The notes: a model not told the origin generated them from the letters alone. Counted from the whole stretch's first letter, positions 47,994 to 61,127 are shown. The stretch: DNA of 61,939 nucleotides, filler included, from Nemertoderma westbladi (GCA_032718475.1; 3 parts of 3 records of this genome joined end to end with filler, not necessarily neighbours in it); one strand, 5' to 3'. Program-made: numbers and translations.

Positions 47994-50900
47994 TGTATGG
48001 GAGCCAACCCTCCCACCCCAGTCGTGTATGGGAGCCAACCCTCCCACCCCAGTCGTGTATGGGAGCCAACCCTCCCACCCCAGTCGTGTAGGGGAGCCAA
48101 CCCTCCCACCCCAGTCGTGTATGGGAGCCAACCCTCCCACCCCAGTCGTGTAGGGGAGCCAACCCTCCCACCCCAGCCGTGTATGGGAGCCAACCCTCCC
48201 ACCCCAGTCGTGTAGGGGAGCCAACCCTCCCACCCCAGTCGTGTATGGGAGCCAACCCTCCCACCCCAGTCGTGTATGGGAGCCAACCCTCCCACCCCAG
48301 TCGTGTATGGGAGCCAACCCTCCCACCCCAGCCGTGTAAGGGAGCCAACCCTCCCACCCCAGTCGTGTAGTGGAGCCAACCCTCCCACCCCAGTCGTGTA
48401 GGGGAGCCAACCCTCCCACCCCAGTCGTGTATGGGAGCCAACCCTCCCACCCCAGTCGTGTATGGGAGCCAACCCTCCCACCCCAGCCGTGTATGGGAGC
48501 CATCCCTCCCACCCCAGTCGTGTAGGGGAGCCAAACCTCCCACCCCAGTCGTGTAGGGGAGCCAACCCTCCCACCCCAGTCGTGTATGGGAGCCAACCCT
48601 CCCACCCCAGCCGTGTATGGGAGCCAACCTTCCCACCCCAGCCGTGTATGGGAGCCAACCCTCCCACCCCAGTCGTGTAGGGGAGCCAACCCTCCCACCC
48701 CAGTCGTGTTTGGGAGCCAACCCTCCCACCCCAGCCGTGTATGGGAGGCAACCTTCCCACCCCAGCCGTGTATGGGAGCCAACCCTCCCACCCCAGTCGT
48801 GTAGGGGAGCCAACCCTCCCACCCCAGTCGTGTATGGGAGCCAACCCTCCCACCCCAGTCGTGTAGGGGAGCCAACCCTCCCACCCCAGTCGTGTATGGG
48901 AGCCAACCCTCCCACCCCAGCCGTGTATGGGAGCCAACCCTCCCACCCCAGCCGTGTATGGGAGCCAACCCTCCCACCTCAGCCGTGTAGGGGAGCCAAC
49001 CCTCCCACCCCAGCCGTGTAGGGAGCCAACCCTCCCACCCCAGTCGTGTATGGGAGCCAACCCTCCCACCCCAGTCGTGTATGGGAGCCAACCCTCCCAC
49101 CCCAGTCGTGTATGGGAGCCAACCCTCCCACCCCAGTCGTGTAGGGGAGCCAACCCTCCCACCCCAGTAGTGTAGGGGAACCAACCCTCCCACCCCAGTC
49201 GTGTAGGGGAGCCAACCCTCCCACCCCAGTCGTGTAGGGGAGCCAACCCTCCCACCCCAGTCGTGTAGGGGAGCCAACCCTCCCACCCAGTCGTGTAGGG
49301 GAGCCAACCCTCCCACCACTCTCGTGTAGGGGAGCCAACCCTCCCACCCCAGTCGTGTAGGGGAGCCAACCCTCCCACCCAGTCGTGTAGGGGAGCCAAC
49401 CCTCCCACCCCAGTCGTGTAGGGGAGCCAACCCTCCCACCCCAGTCGTGTAGGGGAGCCAAACCTCCCACCCAGTCGTGTAGGGGAGCCAACCCTCCCAC
49501 CCCAGCCGTGTAGGGGAGGCAACCCTCCCACCCCAGTCGTGTAGGGGAGGCAACCCTCCCACCCCAGCCCTGTAGGGGAGCCAACCCTCCCACCCCAGGA
49601 GGCAACCCTCCCACCCCAGCCGTGTAGGGGAGGCCACTCTCCCATCCCAGGAGGTAACCCTCCCACCTCAGCCGTGTAGGGGAGCCAACCCTCCCACCCC
49701 AGCCGTGTAGGGAGCCAACCCTCCCACCCCAGCCGTGTAGGGGAGCCAACCCTCCCACCCCAGCCGTGTAGGGGAGCCAACCCTCCCACCCCAGCCGTGT
49801 AGGGGAGGCAACCCTCCCATCCCAGGAGGCAACCCTCCCACCTCAGCCGTGTAGGGGAGCCAACACCTCCCACCCCAGCTGTGTAGGGAGCCAACCCTCC
49901 CACCCCAGCCGTGTAGGGGAGTCAACCCTCCCATCCCAGCCGTGTAGGGGGAGGTAACCCTCCCACCCCAGTCATCTAGGAGAGGCAACCCTCCCACCCC
50001 AGCCGTGTATGGGAGGCAACCCTCCCACCCCAGCCGTGTAGGGGAGGCAACCCTCCCACCCCAGCCATGTACGGGAGGCAACCCTCCCACTCTAGGGGGC
50101 AACCCTCCCACTCAGCCGTGTAGGGGAGGCAACCCTCCCACCCCAGCCGTGTAGGGGAGGCAATCCTCCCACCCCAGCAGTGTAGGGGCGGCAACCCCCC
50201 CACCCCAGCCGTGTATGGGAGGCAACCCTCCCACCCCAGCCATGTAGGGGAGGCAACCCCCCCACCCCAGCCATGTAGGAGAGGCAACCCTCCCACCCCA
50301 GCCGTGTATGGGAGGCAATCCTCCCACCCCAGCCGTGTAGGGGAGGCAACCCTCCCACCCTAGGGGGCAACCCTCCCACCCAGCCGTGTAGGGGAGACAA
50401 CCCTCCCACCCCAGCCGTGTAGGGGAGGCAATCCTCCCACCCCAGAAGGTAACCCTCCCACCCCAGCCATGTAGGGGAGTTAACCCTCCCACCCCAGCCG
50501 TGTAGGGGAGGCAACCCTCCCACCCTTGAGGCAACCCTCCCACCCCAGCCGTGCAGGGGAGGCAACCCTCCCACCCTTGAGGCAACCCTCCCACCCCAGC
50601 CGTGTAGGGGAGGCAACCCTCCCACCCTTGAGGCAACCCTCCCACCCCAGCCATGTAGGGGAGTTAACCCTCCCACCCCAGCCGTGTAGGGGAGGCAACC
50701 CTCCCACCCTTGAGGCAACCCTCCCACCCCAGCCGTATAGGGGAGGCAACCCCCCCACCCCAGCCGTGTATGGGAGGCAACCCTCCCACCCAGCCGTGTA
50801 GGGGAGACAACCCTCCCACCCCAGCCGTGTAGGGGAGGCAATCCTCCCACCCCAGAAGGTAACCCTCCCACCCCAGCCATGTAGGGGAGTTAACCCTCCC

Positions 50901-52061
50901 ACCCCAGCCGTGTAGGGGAGGCAACCCTCCCACCCTTGAGGCAACCCTCCCACCCCAGCCGTGTAGGGGAGGCAACCCTCCCACCCTTGAGGCAACCCTC
51001 CCACCCCAGCCGTGTAGGGGAGGCAACCCTCCCACCCTTGAGGCAACCCTCCCACCCCAGCCGTGTAGGGGAGGCAACCCTCCCACCCTTGAGGCAACCC
51101 TCCCACCCCAGCCATGTAGGGGAGTTAACCCTCCCACCCCAGCCGTGTAGGGGAGGCAACCCTCCCACCCTTGAGGCAACCCTCCCACCCCAGCCGTGTA
51201 GGGGAGGCAACCCTCCCACCCTTGAGGCAACCCTCCCCCACCCCAGCCGTATAGGGGAGGCAACCCCCCCACCCCAGCCGTGTATGGGAGGCAACCCTCC
51301 CACCCCAGCCGTGTAGGGGAGTTAACCCTCCCACCCCAGCCGTGTAGGGGAGGCAACCCTCCCACCCTAGGGGGCAACCCTCCCACCCAGCCGTGTAGGG
51401 GAGACAACCCTCCCACCCCAGCCGTGTAGGGGAGGCAATCCTCCCACCCCAGAAGGTAACCCTCCCACCCCAGCCGTGTAGGGGAGTTAACCCTCCCACC
51501 CCAGCCGTGTAGGGGAGGCAACCCTCCCACCCTTGAGGCAACCCTCCCACCCCAGCCGTGTAGGGGAGGCAACCCTCCCATCCTTGAGGCAACCCTCCCA
51601 CCCCAGCCGTGTAGGGGAGGCAACCCTCCCCCACCCCAGCCGTATAGGGGAGGCAACCCCCCCACCCCAGCCGTGTATGGGAGGCAACCCTCCCACCCCA
51701 GCCATGTAGGGGAGTTAACCCTCCCACCCCAGCCGTGTAGGGCAGGCAACCCTCCCATCCCGGGAGGCAACCCTCCCACCTCAGCCGTGTAGGGGAGGCA
51801 ACCCTCCCACCCCAGTCGTGTATGGAGGCAACCCTCCCCCACCCCAGCCATGTAGGGGAGGCAACCCTCCCATCCCAGGAGGCAACTCTCCCCTACCCCA
51901 GCCGTGTAGGGGAGGCAACCCTCCCATCCCGGGGGGCAACCCTCCTACCCCTGTCGTGTAGGGGAGGCAACCCTCCCGCCCCAGTCGTGTAGGGGAGGCA
52001 ACCCTCCCATCCCGGGGGGCAACCCTCCTACCCCAGTCGTGTAGGGGAGGCAACCCTCCCA
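47994..52061. repeat. ~4-kb minisatellite, 31-bp unit, with variant and higher-order blocks
   Basis: Unit gtcgtgta(t/g)gggagccaaccctcccacccca, shifting to gccgtgtaggggaggcaaccctcccacccca plus ~20-bp short units. Confidence 0.97.
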
Positions 52062-52152
52062 TTAACTAAAATTTAAAAAAAATAAAAAAATATCTCTACT
52101 AATGTTCTAGAACATTCACCAATATCAAAAAAGCACTAAAAAGTTGCTATCA

Positions 52153-52377
52153 GGAACCGGACAATTCGGTCCCGGACAATTCGGTCCCGGACAATTCGGT
52201 CCCGGACAATTCGGTCCTAGGACAATTCGATCCTAGGACAATTCGGTCACGGACAATTCGGTCCCATTTATTTAGTGTTTTGGGACCGAATTGTCCGGGA
52301 CCGAATTGTCCTGGACCGAATTGTCCGGACCGAATTGTCCGGGACCGAATTGTCCGGGACCGAATTGTCCTACATCC
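52153..52377. mobile_element. Small foldback MITE built from 15-bp repeats
   Basis: About 7 copies of ggacaattcggtccc, a short spacer, then the inverse (gggaccgaattgtcc)n. Ends ggaacc / acatcc. No TSD seen. Confidence 0.8.
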
Positions 52378-53046
52378 CCCAGCCGTGTAGGGGAGGCAAC
52401 TCTCCCACCCCCAGTCGTGAAGGGGAGGCAAACCTCCCATCCCAGGGGGCAACCCTCCCACCCCAGGGGGCAACCCTCCCACCCCAGCCGTGTAGGGGAG
52501 GCAACCCTCCCACCCCAGCCGTGTATGGAGGCAACCCTCCCCACCCCAGTCGTGTAGGGGAGGCAAATCTCCCATCCCAGGGGGCAACCCTCCCACCCCA
52601 GCCGTGTAGGGGAGGCAACCCTCCCACCCCAGCTGTGTATGGGAGGCAACCCTCCCACCCCCAGTCGTGTATGGAGGCAACCCTCCCCCACCCCAGCCGT
52701 GTAGGGGAGGCAATCCTCCCCACCCCAGTCGTGTAGGGGAGGCAAACCTCCCATCCCAGGGGGCAACCCTCCCATCCCAGTGGGCAACCCTCCCACCCCA
52801 GGGGGCAACCCTCCTACCCCAGCCGTGTAGGGGAGGCAACCCTCCTACCCCAGCCGTGTAGGGGAGGCAACCCTCCCACCCCAGCCATGTAGGGGAGGCA
52901 ATCTCCCATCCCAGGAGGCAACCCTCCCACCCCAGCCGTGTAGGGGAGGCAACCCTCCCACCCCAGCTGTGTATGGGAGGCAACCCTCCCACCCTAGCCA
53001 TGCATGGGAGGCAACCTTCCCATCCCAACCCTCTATAGGGGAGGAA
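52378..53046. repeat. Continuation of the 31-bp minisatellite, more diverged
   Basis: Same unit and orientation as 47994-52061. Confidence 0.95.
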
Positions 53047-53554
53047 ACCCCAATACCTCGGCCATTCACAATTATCATGCATATATATATAATTTGACCA
53101 AATGTAAAGTCTTTGTTGTCTACTTACTAAACTAAACCATTCTAACAATAAACATATGACCCGCAATATAGTATCATTTTATGACAAGGATCTCCCACCC
53201 CACATAATTTTACACATATTTATAAAATTGCTATTTTTATATTTCGCAGAATACAATTTATTCTATATAGGTCTTTATTATAACGGGCGATACACGTTTT
53301 TCCAGGAAGAAAGATAATGTCATTAAATACACAGTACAGCTAAATTTTGTGCTAAATTAGTTGTTCTTCTACATAGTAGACAAAGTTAATGCGAGGTTTA
53401 ATTTAGTCACACCTAACGAGGTAGTTTTAGTCCGAAGCAACGTGTCATAATTACCACAAAATACGAGGAACACATGACAACATTTACAATAGTTACAAAA
53501 ACTTGTTGATTTCCTTAGTCTACTGTTTGTATAGGGATGTACAAATGTGTCCAG

Positions 53555-56129
53555 GGGCGGTATTCATAAATGTGACTAACTAGGAACTTAGTCCTAGTCA
53601 CATCAAGTTAGTAAGTGCTTGTACTAATTTGGTATTCAGAGAAGTTGGTGCGACTTATTACTAACGTATTTAGTACTAGTTGTTGCTAAACTCGCATTCA
53701 TAGAATTTAGTCTTACTTAAGTTAGTATTAGCTGTAACTTAAATTTCTAGTCACATGAAGATGTGACTAAGTTGGTAAGACCGCTTACTTATTGCATATT
53801 GGCCTTCATACATACAGTATGGTTGTTATGTTACTGACGACTCTGTCCACATTATACTCTCTTGTTTTTCTAGCTTTCTGTGTTCATTGCAAATGTGTTG
53901 TTGCAGAGAAACTATCAAATAATGGTATTCGATAATGGTAGCCAATTGATTTATCGCCTTACTAACTGACTAAAAATAATAATTTTTCACTATAATTTTA
54001 ACAGGAAATCACTAAAAAAATATTCAGTTTCCACTAAAATCTATTAATTATAAATTATTGCTAAAATGTGGGTAAGTGATGATACAGTGCCACTAATAAT
54101 GAAGGGATTTTATTACAACAGGCCGTAACAGATTTATTTTTGATTAAAATATATTTTAGTGATAATTAAATTGAGTGGAGGAAATATATATTTGATAACG
54201 AAAAAAATTTACTGGAAAACAGGAATTGTTTTAGTGACCAATAAAATTAATGGGTTTTAATGTAGACTACCAGTACAAGTAAAACAGTAAACATAGAGAC
54301 ATGCAAGGCATAACTACAGTCCTTAAGTTTAAACTGAAAGCTTTTTGATAAACATGAGTTAAAGTACCGGCACTGCTACTAATAGGCTAGAACTAAGTTT
54401 AGTAACAGTTTATGAATACTGATATTTTTTAAGGGCTAGTTGAAACTAAGTTAAGTCAATGCTCTTACACAGATAGCTCTTACTAAACATAGTTGCAGCT
54501 CTTACTAAAAGCTGTCACTAAGTAGCTGTGGGGCGAGCCACGAAGTGAGTGAGCCTTAGCGTAGTGGTACCATTAATCAACCTGTCGTTCTGTCGTTCTG
54601 TCGTTCTGTCGTGTTCAATTTTAAACGTTAATAACTCGGCCAATCTTTGATGAAATCTATCCAAACTTGGTACACATGTTGTTTGGCAAAAGTTTAGAAA
54701 TTTTCCAAGTAGAATTTCCGTGTGGCCTTCGAGAAGCTAAGATAATAGCAGTTAATTAGTTAATTAAGTTATTACGGTAAAAACACCATTTTCAACCTGC
54801 CTTTTAAAGGAAATTAATTGTTTTACAGTATAAGATTTAAATAATTATAATTAAAAATTATACAGATGTAATCCACATACGCCATTCTATTATAGTTTTT
54901 AATTAGTTCAAGTGATTTGCTTTAATAATTGTGTCTTTAATTGATCTAAAGTAATTAAAACGGCAAAAAAAATTTATTCTCATTAAATACTGCTCATTTA
55001 TTGGCCAACATGCTGGTACATAGATGGGATGTGTGTGTCATTCCCAGTTGCTGGAATGATTATTGGTCAAGTCTCTGCTGCTGGCTGGGAGTTGTTGCTA
55101 AGACTAACTAGAGAGGAATAGTAATAGACAACCAGTATTGCTATTCCAGCCCAGACAGCATTCTTTAAATTCACTGTAAATGTTGTATTGCTATCTCAGT
55201 TGAATGACAGATATCATAACATAAATACTATCCATGGCATGGCTGTTGTGTAGGCTTCTGAAATAGTTTATTCCACAATGTATATGTCTGGTTATTTTTT
55301 AATTGAATTTTTGCAAAGTAGTAAAATTAATGTTCTTAAAAATAATATTATTATTTTATATGTAACCTAGGAAATTATCTACATTTTTTCGCTGCAGCTT
55401 TAAGAGTGTACATTAATTTAATATTATTTCAATACCCATATTACTACATCGGCATAAGATGCGTTGGCGTTGTATCACACATCTCCACATATCACACATA
55501 TCCACATAGATGTATCAACAGTTACTCGCACAGTTTCGAAACTTCGCATAGTTATAACTGTATAAAGATCGTCAGTCTGCGTTTAGGAAAAATATTTTAT
55601 AACAAAACAGGACAAGCGACGAGCGCAACGAGGCATATATTGAAGACGAGTACTGCGTTGACTAAATTATTATATAAACCACCTGGCTTCACATATTGAT
55701 CGCATCCCTAGTTATTATTATTATAAAGAACGTCCTAGCCTGCGTTTAAGAAATATATTTAAATACAAAACAGGACGAACGCAACGAGGCTTATAATGAA
55801 TACGAGTACTGCGTTTATTATATTCCTATAAACCACCTGGCTTTGCATATTGAACGTGCGATTGGAAATAAGTTCGTGCTACCCTTCCGTGGGTGGTAGA
55901 TGTCGCGGTTATGTATTGGTGGTTGGGAAGGGTGGGGGGGGGGGGGGATTAAAAGGGGTGAACACGTACTGTCCCCCTTTCTTTGATTGATTGGTGGTGT
56001 GGGTAAATTTCTCAAAACCTGATTTTGTGATACAGTCGCTCAATTTTAATTTGTATCTCATAACTGGGCCTCGTGCTGCGCGAAGGCCCCACGAACGTGT
56101 AACTAATACTAACTCTATGAATACCGCCC
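53555..56129. mobile_element. Harbinger-type non-autonomous element (CWG TSD)
   Basis: TIR gggcggtattcata / tatgaataccgccc. TSD cag at 53552-53554 and 56130-56132. Many acta(a/g) subterminal motifs. Confidence 0.85.
54521..56100 (+). mobile_element. Helentron/DINE-1-like non-autonomous rolling-circle element nested in the Harbinger element
   Basis: (ctgtcgtt)n microsatellite near the 5' end (54583-54613), a following aaacttggtacacatg core, and a GC-rich 3' hairpin gggcct...aggccc (~56066-56089). Boundaries approximate. Confidence 0.55.
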
Positions 56130-58640
56130 CAGAGGCTACCAACGTTCTAACTTCTAAATTTAAATTAAGCCTTGCATATTTACATTTCCAAATTTTTGTT
56201 TTAAATGACAATCGCAATATTTAACAATAAAAATAAAAACAATTTATATTTTAAAAAGCTACAAATTCTATATAAATTTGGTTGCCGTATTGTTCACATT
56301 TTTTACACTCCGTTACAGTCCTTTGTACATTTTATATACAGTGCGAGCGCATAAGTAAAGTACGTTATATAAGATAATGATGGCCGATGTATTTGGTAAT
56401 TTTATAATTTTAGGCTTGTTATAGAAAATTATACTTTTCAGAATCAAGTATATCCCCTGTGATGAGTCCAAATGTATATGCACGAATTCATGTTACAATA
56501 ACCGATTAACTGTGACTACCGTTTAATTAAAACTATGACGTAACTGTTATCTTTGATATCTTTAAGGGCCATGCGTGAATCAGGTCCCAATATCTTGGTA
56601 ACTTGTCTGCCTGAGGCAAGTTCCATTGTCTAGGTAACTGTATCTGAGTCAGGTACAATCACCTTGTAACTGCGACTGAGTCAGGTCCCATTCTCTTGGT
56701 AATTGTAAGTTATTCAGGTTCAAACCAACGGGTTAAACGAGTCAGGAGGTACCAATCACCGCTAAGATGAGTGATTTCAATTTCAAGTTCCAACCACCGG
56801 TACACTGTGAGTTTGTCATGTCCAAATATCTATGCCTCACTCAGGTCACAATGTTTGCAGTTCGCAATCCGCGGAGATGGTAAAATACTTGCGGCGAACT
56901 GGCGATTATTGCAGGATCAGGGACAGATAATAAACCACGGATTAACAGTTTTATATTCCTTAACGAAAATCCCCCAACTTCCATACCCGGTGGCAAATAC
57001 CTCGTAATTTCTGTAAATCCGATTAATCAGTGACACGACAACATTAAACCATTTAACTGCCGCGAACAGTGGTAGAATACCTCCTAGGGAATTCCTCGTA
57101 TACCACAGTGATTCCCCTTCGTCGTATAAATAAAGGGCAGAATAACCGTTTATCTCTACCCAACAGGACATATGCGAGAGACACGAACCGGCCGTTCCTT
57201 GAATATTAATACAGTAACGACTATTCATCAGCCCCCTGCCTCTCCTAAGGTTTGTTCGGTTTCTGTGATGAGTCGCGGTGTAAATACTTAATTAAGACGA
57301 ACGTATGTTCCTGTAAGGTGATACGCGATCTTTCGTTCAGACACTGTTTTTTGTCTTCCACAAAACGGCATGCCGCGAAAACCTCATCAACCACTAACTT
57401 CCTAACGATAAATAACATCGTTGATTTATTTGTTGTTTCTCAGGCGAGCTACACTGTGGGAGAACCAGTGACTCCCGCTTGCGGATATAATCAGTATCTG
57501 GTTTCTTTCGTCTGATCTTAGGTTCTAATTTTCCTGATTTCCATTGTTTTGCTACTTTACTGCCCGTCCTAAAACTTAATCGGCATTAATAAACTTCACG
57601 ATATTTCAACTGAAGCTTGGTGGTGGTGAGCCTCATCTTCCATTGCCCTCCAAACGATATAGCAGCTACCCTATTTGTTTCACAACTTGCTGGAAGTGTA
57701 GTGTCCAGTGTCCAGGGGGAGGAGAACTTTTGACGCAATCAAAATTCATACCTCTCCAGGAGAAAATCTAATAACAGCTGATTCCTCACAAAAATAAAAT
57801 TGTAACCTGTTCTATTAACTCGTTTATTTGTTGTGGTTAGAATGACCTGCTTCCTCCTTTACCTTAAATGATAATTTATCATCGAGCCAAGATATTAATT
57901 CGCGGAGATGGGATTTAACATTTAACATAACATAACATTTAAAGTATATTTACTAGACGTCTTGGTACATAAAGAAATGAAACAAATTAGATATCTGCCA
58001 CGTTTATGCAGCCAGACATGTCTGGTTTCCGACTAGGGGGCCCTTATAGGGTCCTCATTCCTTGCTGAGTCACTGCGGGGGTTAGTCTGCGATTTTACAT
58101 TTGCATTGGTCTCAGTAGTAACATATAATGGTTGTACGTTGTACGTACCCCATGGTTCGTGTACATGTCTATTCCGGATTGGTTTATGTCTATCTTGCAC
58201 GGGCTATGATGATTATGATTTGTCGCGTCAAAGAAATCACAATGTTTTTCGAATCCCCGCCACTAATTTCTTGTTTATAAACGTGACAAAAATATAATTA
58301 GCTAAATAACCGATTAGAATTCACTACTGCAAAGGCCTGTAATAATTGTGGCTAAGCGCATGACCAGAGGCAACACTCCTTGACCAGGTTCAGATACGGT
58401 TCTGTACGGTAATGTACTCTCCCCAGAGAAACATAATCCCCAAAGGATTCGTTTTCGCCTGTTATTTTTTACCATATTATTATAATAGTATAGGAATTTG
58501 ATGTGATAGAAATGGTAACATTACTACAATCTTTAATTTTGATTAAGAAATTGTCGCGCTCTCGTCACCGTAGTAATCATAATTGAGTTGAGATAATGTC
58601 TGGGAGACCTCAGGTGACCAAAAAGAAAGGGTAACAACAG

Positions 58641-58676
58641 TTACGAGCCTTCACCCAACAGGGCTTCTTCAGGTAA
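58641..58676 (-). ncRNA. Minimal type I hammerhead ribozyme-like motif (left arm)
   Basis: Reads uuac-CUGAAGA-a-gccc-uguu-gggu-GAAG-gcUC-guaa: stem I uuac/guaa and stem II are present, with GAAG in place of GAAA. Confidence 0.6.
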
Positions 58677-58850
58677 AAGAATATACGAATATACAGAGAG
58701 AGAAGACTGCGAGAAGACTGAGAAGACTTTTTCGGCCTTTTTCGGCTTATATTAAAATTTATTATACTGTTCCCCACATACCGGTACTGTTGTTTCTTTG
58801 CATTCTGTATACTGGTGCAGTCTTCTCTCTCTGTATATTCGTATATTCTT

Positions 58851-58886
58851 TTACCCGAAGAAGCCCTGTTGGGTGAAGGCTCGTAA
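58851..58886 (+). ncRNA. Minimal hammerhead-like motif (right arm, core mutated to CCGAAGA)
   Basis: Inverse copy of 58641-58676 with a U-to-C change in the CUGANGA core. Confidence 0.5.
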
Positions 58887-60823
58887 CTGTTGTTACCCTT
58901 TCTTTTTGGTCACCTGAGGTCTCCCAGACATTATCTCAACTCAATTAATCTTTAATTTTATTGTAATGTGATTTTCTTGTGATGATCACCAAAGTTACGG
59001 CTTATTTTATTCATTATTGGTATATTTGTACGGCCCTGATAGTAGTTGTAGGCTACCATTCTCTAACTACAGATAAGTAGTTTTATATATATATTCATTA
59101 TAGCATAATCTCGATGTGAGTATGAAATTAATGTATCCAAGAGTATATAATTAGTTACCAAAAACTGTTTCGAGAAAATCAGTTTACCATTTTCGAATCT
59201 GTTTTTCAGGGTGCCCTTCCTCTTACCGTTAGATTCCAAGATAGGGGGAGAAACTAAGACTGGGGGGGGGGGGGGGGGGGGTGGGGAACTGGACGCAAAT
59301 CCCGCCTTGGCGAATTAATATCCCGCCTCAATGTTAAATTCTCAATTTAGGGAAAGAAGCAGGTGACAGAGGCACGTTAATTTAAACAAAACAATAAACT
59401 AAACATAATAGAACAGGTTACAGTTTTATTTTTGAGAGTAATCAGCCTTTATTTGCGTCGAATTTCCCCTGGAGAGGGATGAATTTTTATTGCGTCCAGT
59501 TTCCCCCCCTTATCTGGAGAAACTATATCGGCGAAATAATGTCTCGTCTCAATATTAAATTATCAATTTATGAAAAGAAGTTTACAGAGGCACGTTATTC
59601 TGAGCAAAACTTTAAACGAATCTCAAAATAACATTTTTTATAAGGTGTTATTTGCGTCGATCTTCCCGTGGAGAGAGATTCATTTTGATTTCGTCGAATT
59701 TCCCCAATATCCACAGATTCCACAAAGATACAGGGCCAACACTTATTTACAAATTTGGTCACAATAATTACTACTCCTCATTGTGCTTGTGTAGATTGCT
59801 TGTTGCTTGTACACCAATTCCACGTGGCCTTTTCATTTATGAGGGCTTTTGATTTATATGTTTCTTGAAGATACAATAATTTGAGAAGATTAGATTTATC
59901 GTGCTCAGGTGCGACTCTTTCTGGCTCACCCATTAAACATTGTGTCAGGGGAAATGTTTCTAAATGTTGAAACAGATTTAAACAATGTCGATATCTATAT
60001 TTTCATTGTTATTATACCAAACATTTTCAAAGCCCATATTTAACGGGTTTGGTATTTTCAATGCCCTGATCGTCCTGTGAGACGATGTGGGTGGTTGTCG
60101 TTTCCGCAAAGCCGATGTCTGCCTGCTTCTGCTAAACCTTCATGTTGACACTTTTGATATCGGAATGTACACTGTACAGTATTGCAAATTCCTCCATTCT
60201 GAACATCAAGTTATCCCAGGATCGTGGGTTTTCTAATTAACCGACAATGTACCTCGAATGTGAGAAACAAAGCGGAGAGCAATTTAGATTGCCGGTCAAT
60301 TTGTAATTGAAACCAGTGTTAAATTCCATTTTTTAATCTCAGAATGCGCCAACTCAAAATGGCCAAACACCCATAATGAAAGGAGAGTTATTCACAGTTT
60401 ACCGACAACCAATGGCCTTGCAGGAATTACCTTCAGTAATACAGATTCAGTTGTGTTGTGGGAGTATATAGTGGAATTTTTATTCTTCCTTTACCATTTT
60501 TGTATTCATACTGTTTGATTAAATGGGAAAAATACACTAGAAAGCGATAATCAGGTATTTTTATGTCATACAACACGGTACAAGTGAAAGACTTTTCTTT
60601 ATATTATGTAGACAATGAAGTTACTACTAGCTACAGGTAAAAAACATCAGCTAGGAAACAAATATGTGAATTGAATTTCATAATTATTATTTTAAAATAG
60701 AAATGACTAGAATCTGAATAATTAATTCCCCCATGTGTGCAATTGTGCAGGAACCCCCCCCCCCCCCCCCCCCCCCCCCCTCAACTCCAAACCACTTACA
60801 GAAACATAACAAATATATTTTCA

Positions 60824-61127
60824 GTGTGTGCATCTGTCTCTTATGCTATTTTGTAACACTAACAAATCACTTCAGTTCTGATATAAAACGTTTTAATGAT
60901 TTGAATAACATAAATTGCCGCTTGCCGTTGTACCATGGGAATCGGTGAGTTATCTCGACTAAGGGGGTTCGTTCCTCTGGTTAAGAGTGGAGTTACAGTC
61001 GATGATGCTTGGGACCAAGTCAATAGAGTTGGAATGTTCTCCTTAATGTGCATCATGGGAACAGTGGTCACATTAAGAAACTACATGGGACATGTTATTA
61101 AATGTTATGGATTCACATCATTTAAAG
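60824..61127 (+). other. Possible exon(s) of an unidentified gene
   Basis: Acceptor-like ttttcag ending at ~60823, donor-like AAAG/GTAAGT after 61127, and an open frame from 60935. No recognisable homology. Confidence 0.25.

Larger units (their letters stand above)
58541..58946. mobile_element. Penelope-like element remnant: inverted pseudo-LTRs plus ~40-nt tail
   Basis: ~131-bp arms at 58580-58710 and 58817-58947, with one mismatch seen. An unpaired ~40-nt extension lies at 58541-58579. The 13-bp direct repeat aatctttaatttt occurs at 58528-58540 and 58947-58959. Confidence 0.75.
57712..59509. repeat. Diverged inverted repeat pair (~57712-57900 vs ~59320-59509), probable foldback DNA element; a further tandem copy lies at ~59520-59705
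   Basis: gacgcaatcaaaattcat...ctctccagg...aaaataaaattgtaacctgttctatt is the inverse of aatagaacaggttacagttttatttt...cctggagagggatgaatttttattgcgtc. Confidence 0.65.

Noticed and set aside
47867-53166. Many long G/W/P-rich ORFs, and a superficially CRISPR-like periodic array
   Set aside because: These arise from a stop-poor 31-bp minisatellite. There are no unique spacers and no cas genes.
56455-56495. Hammerhead-like tgatgagtcc...cacgaa, with a similar motif at ~57263-57303
   Set aside because: The core lacks C3 and GAAA, and no stem I or III could be built. Too degenerate to call.
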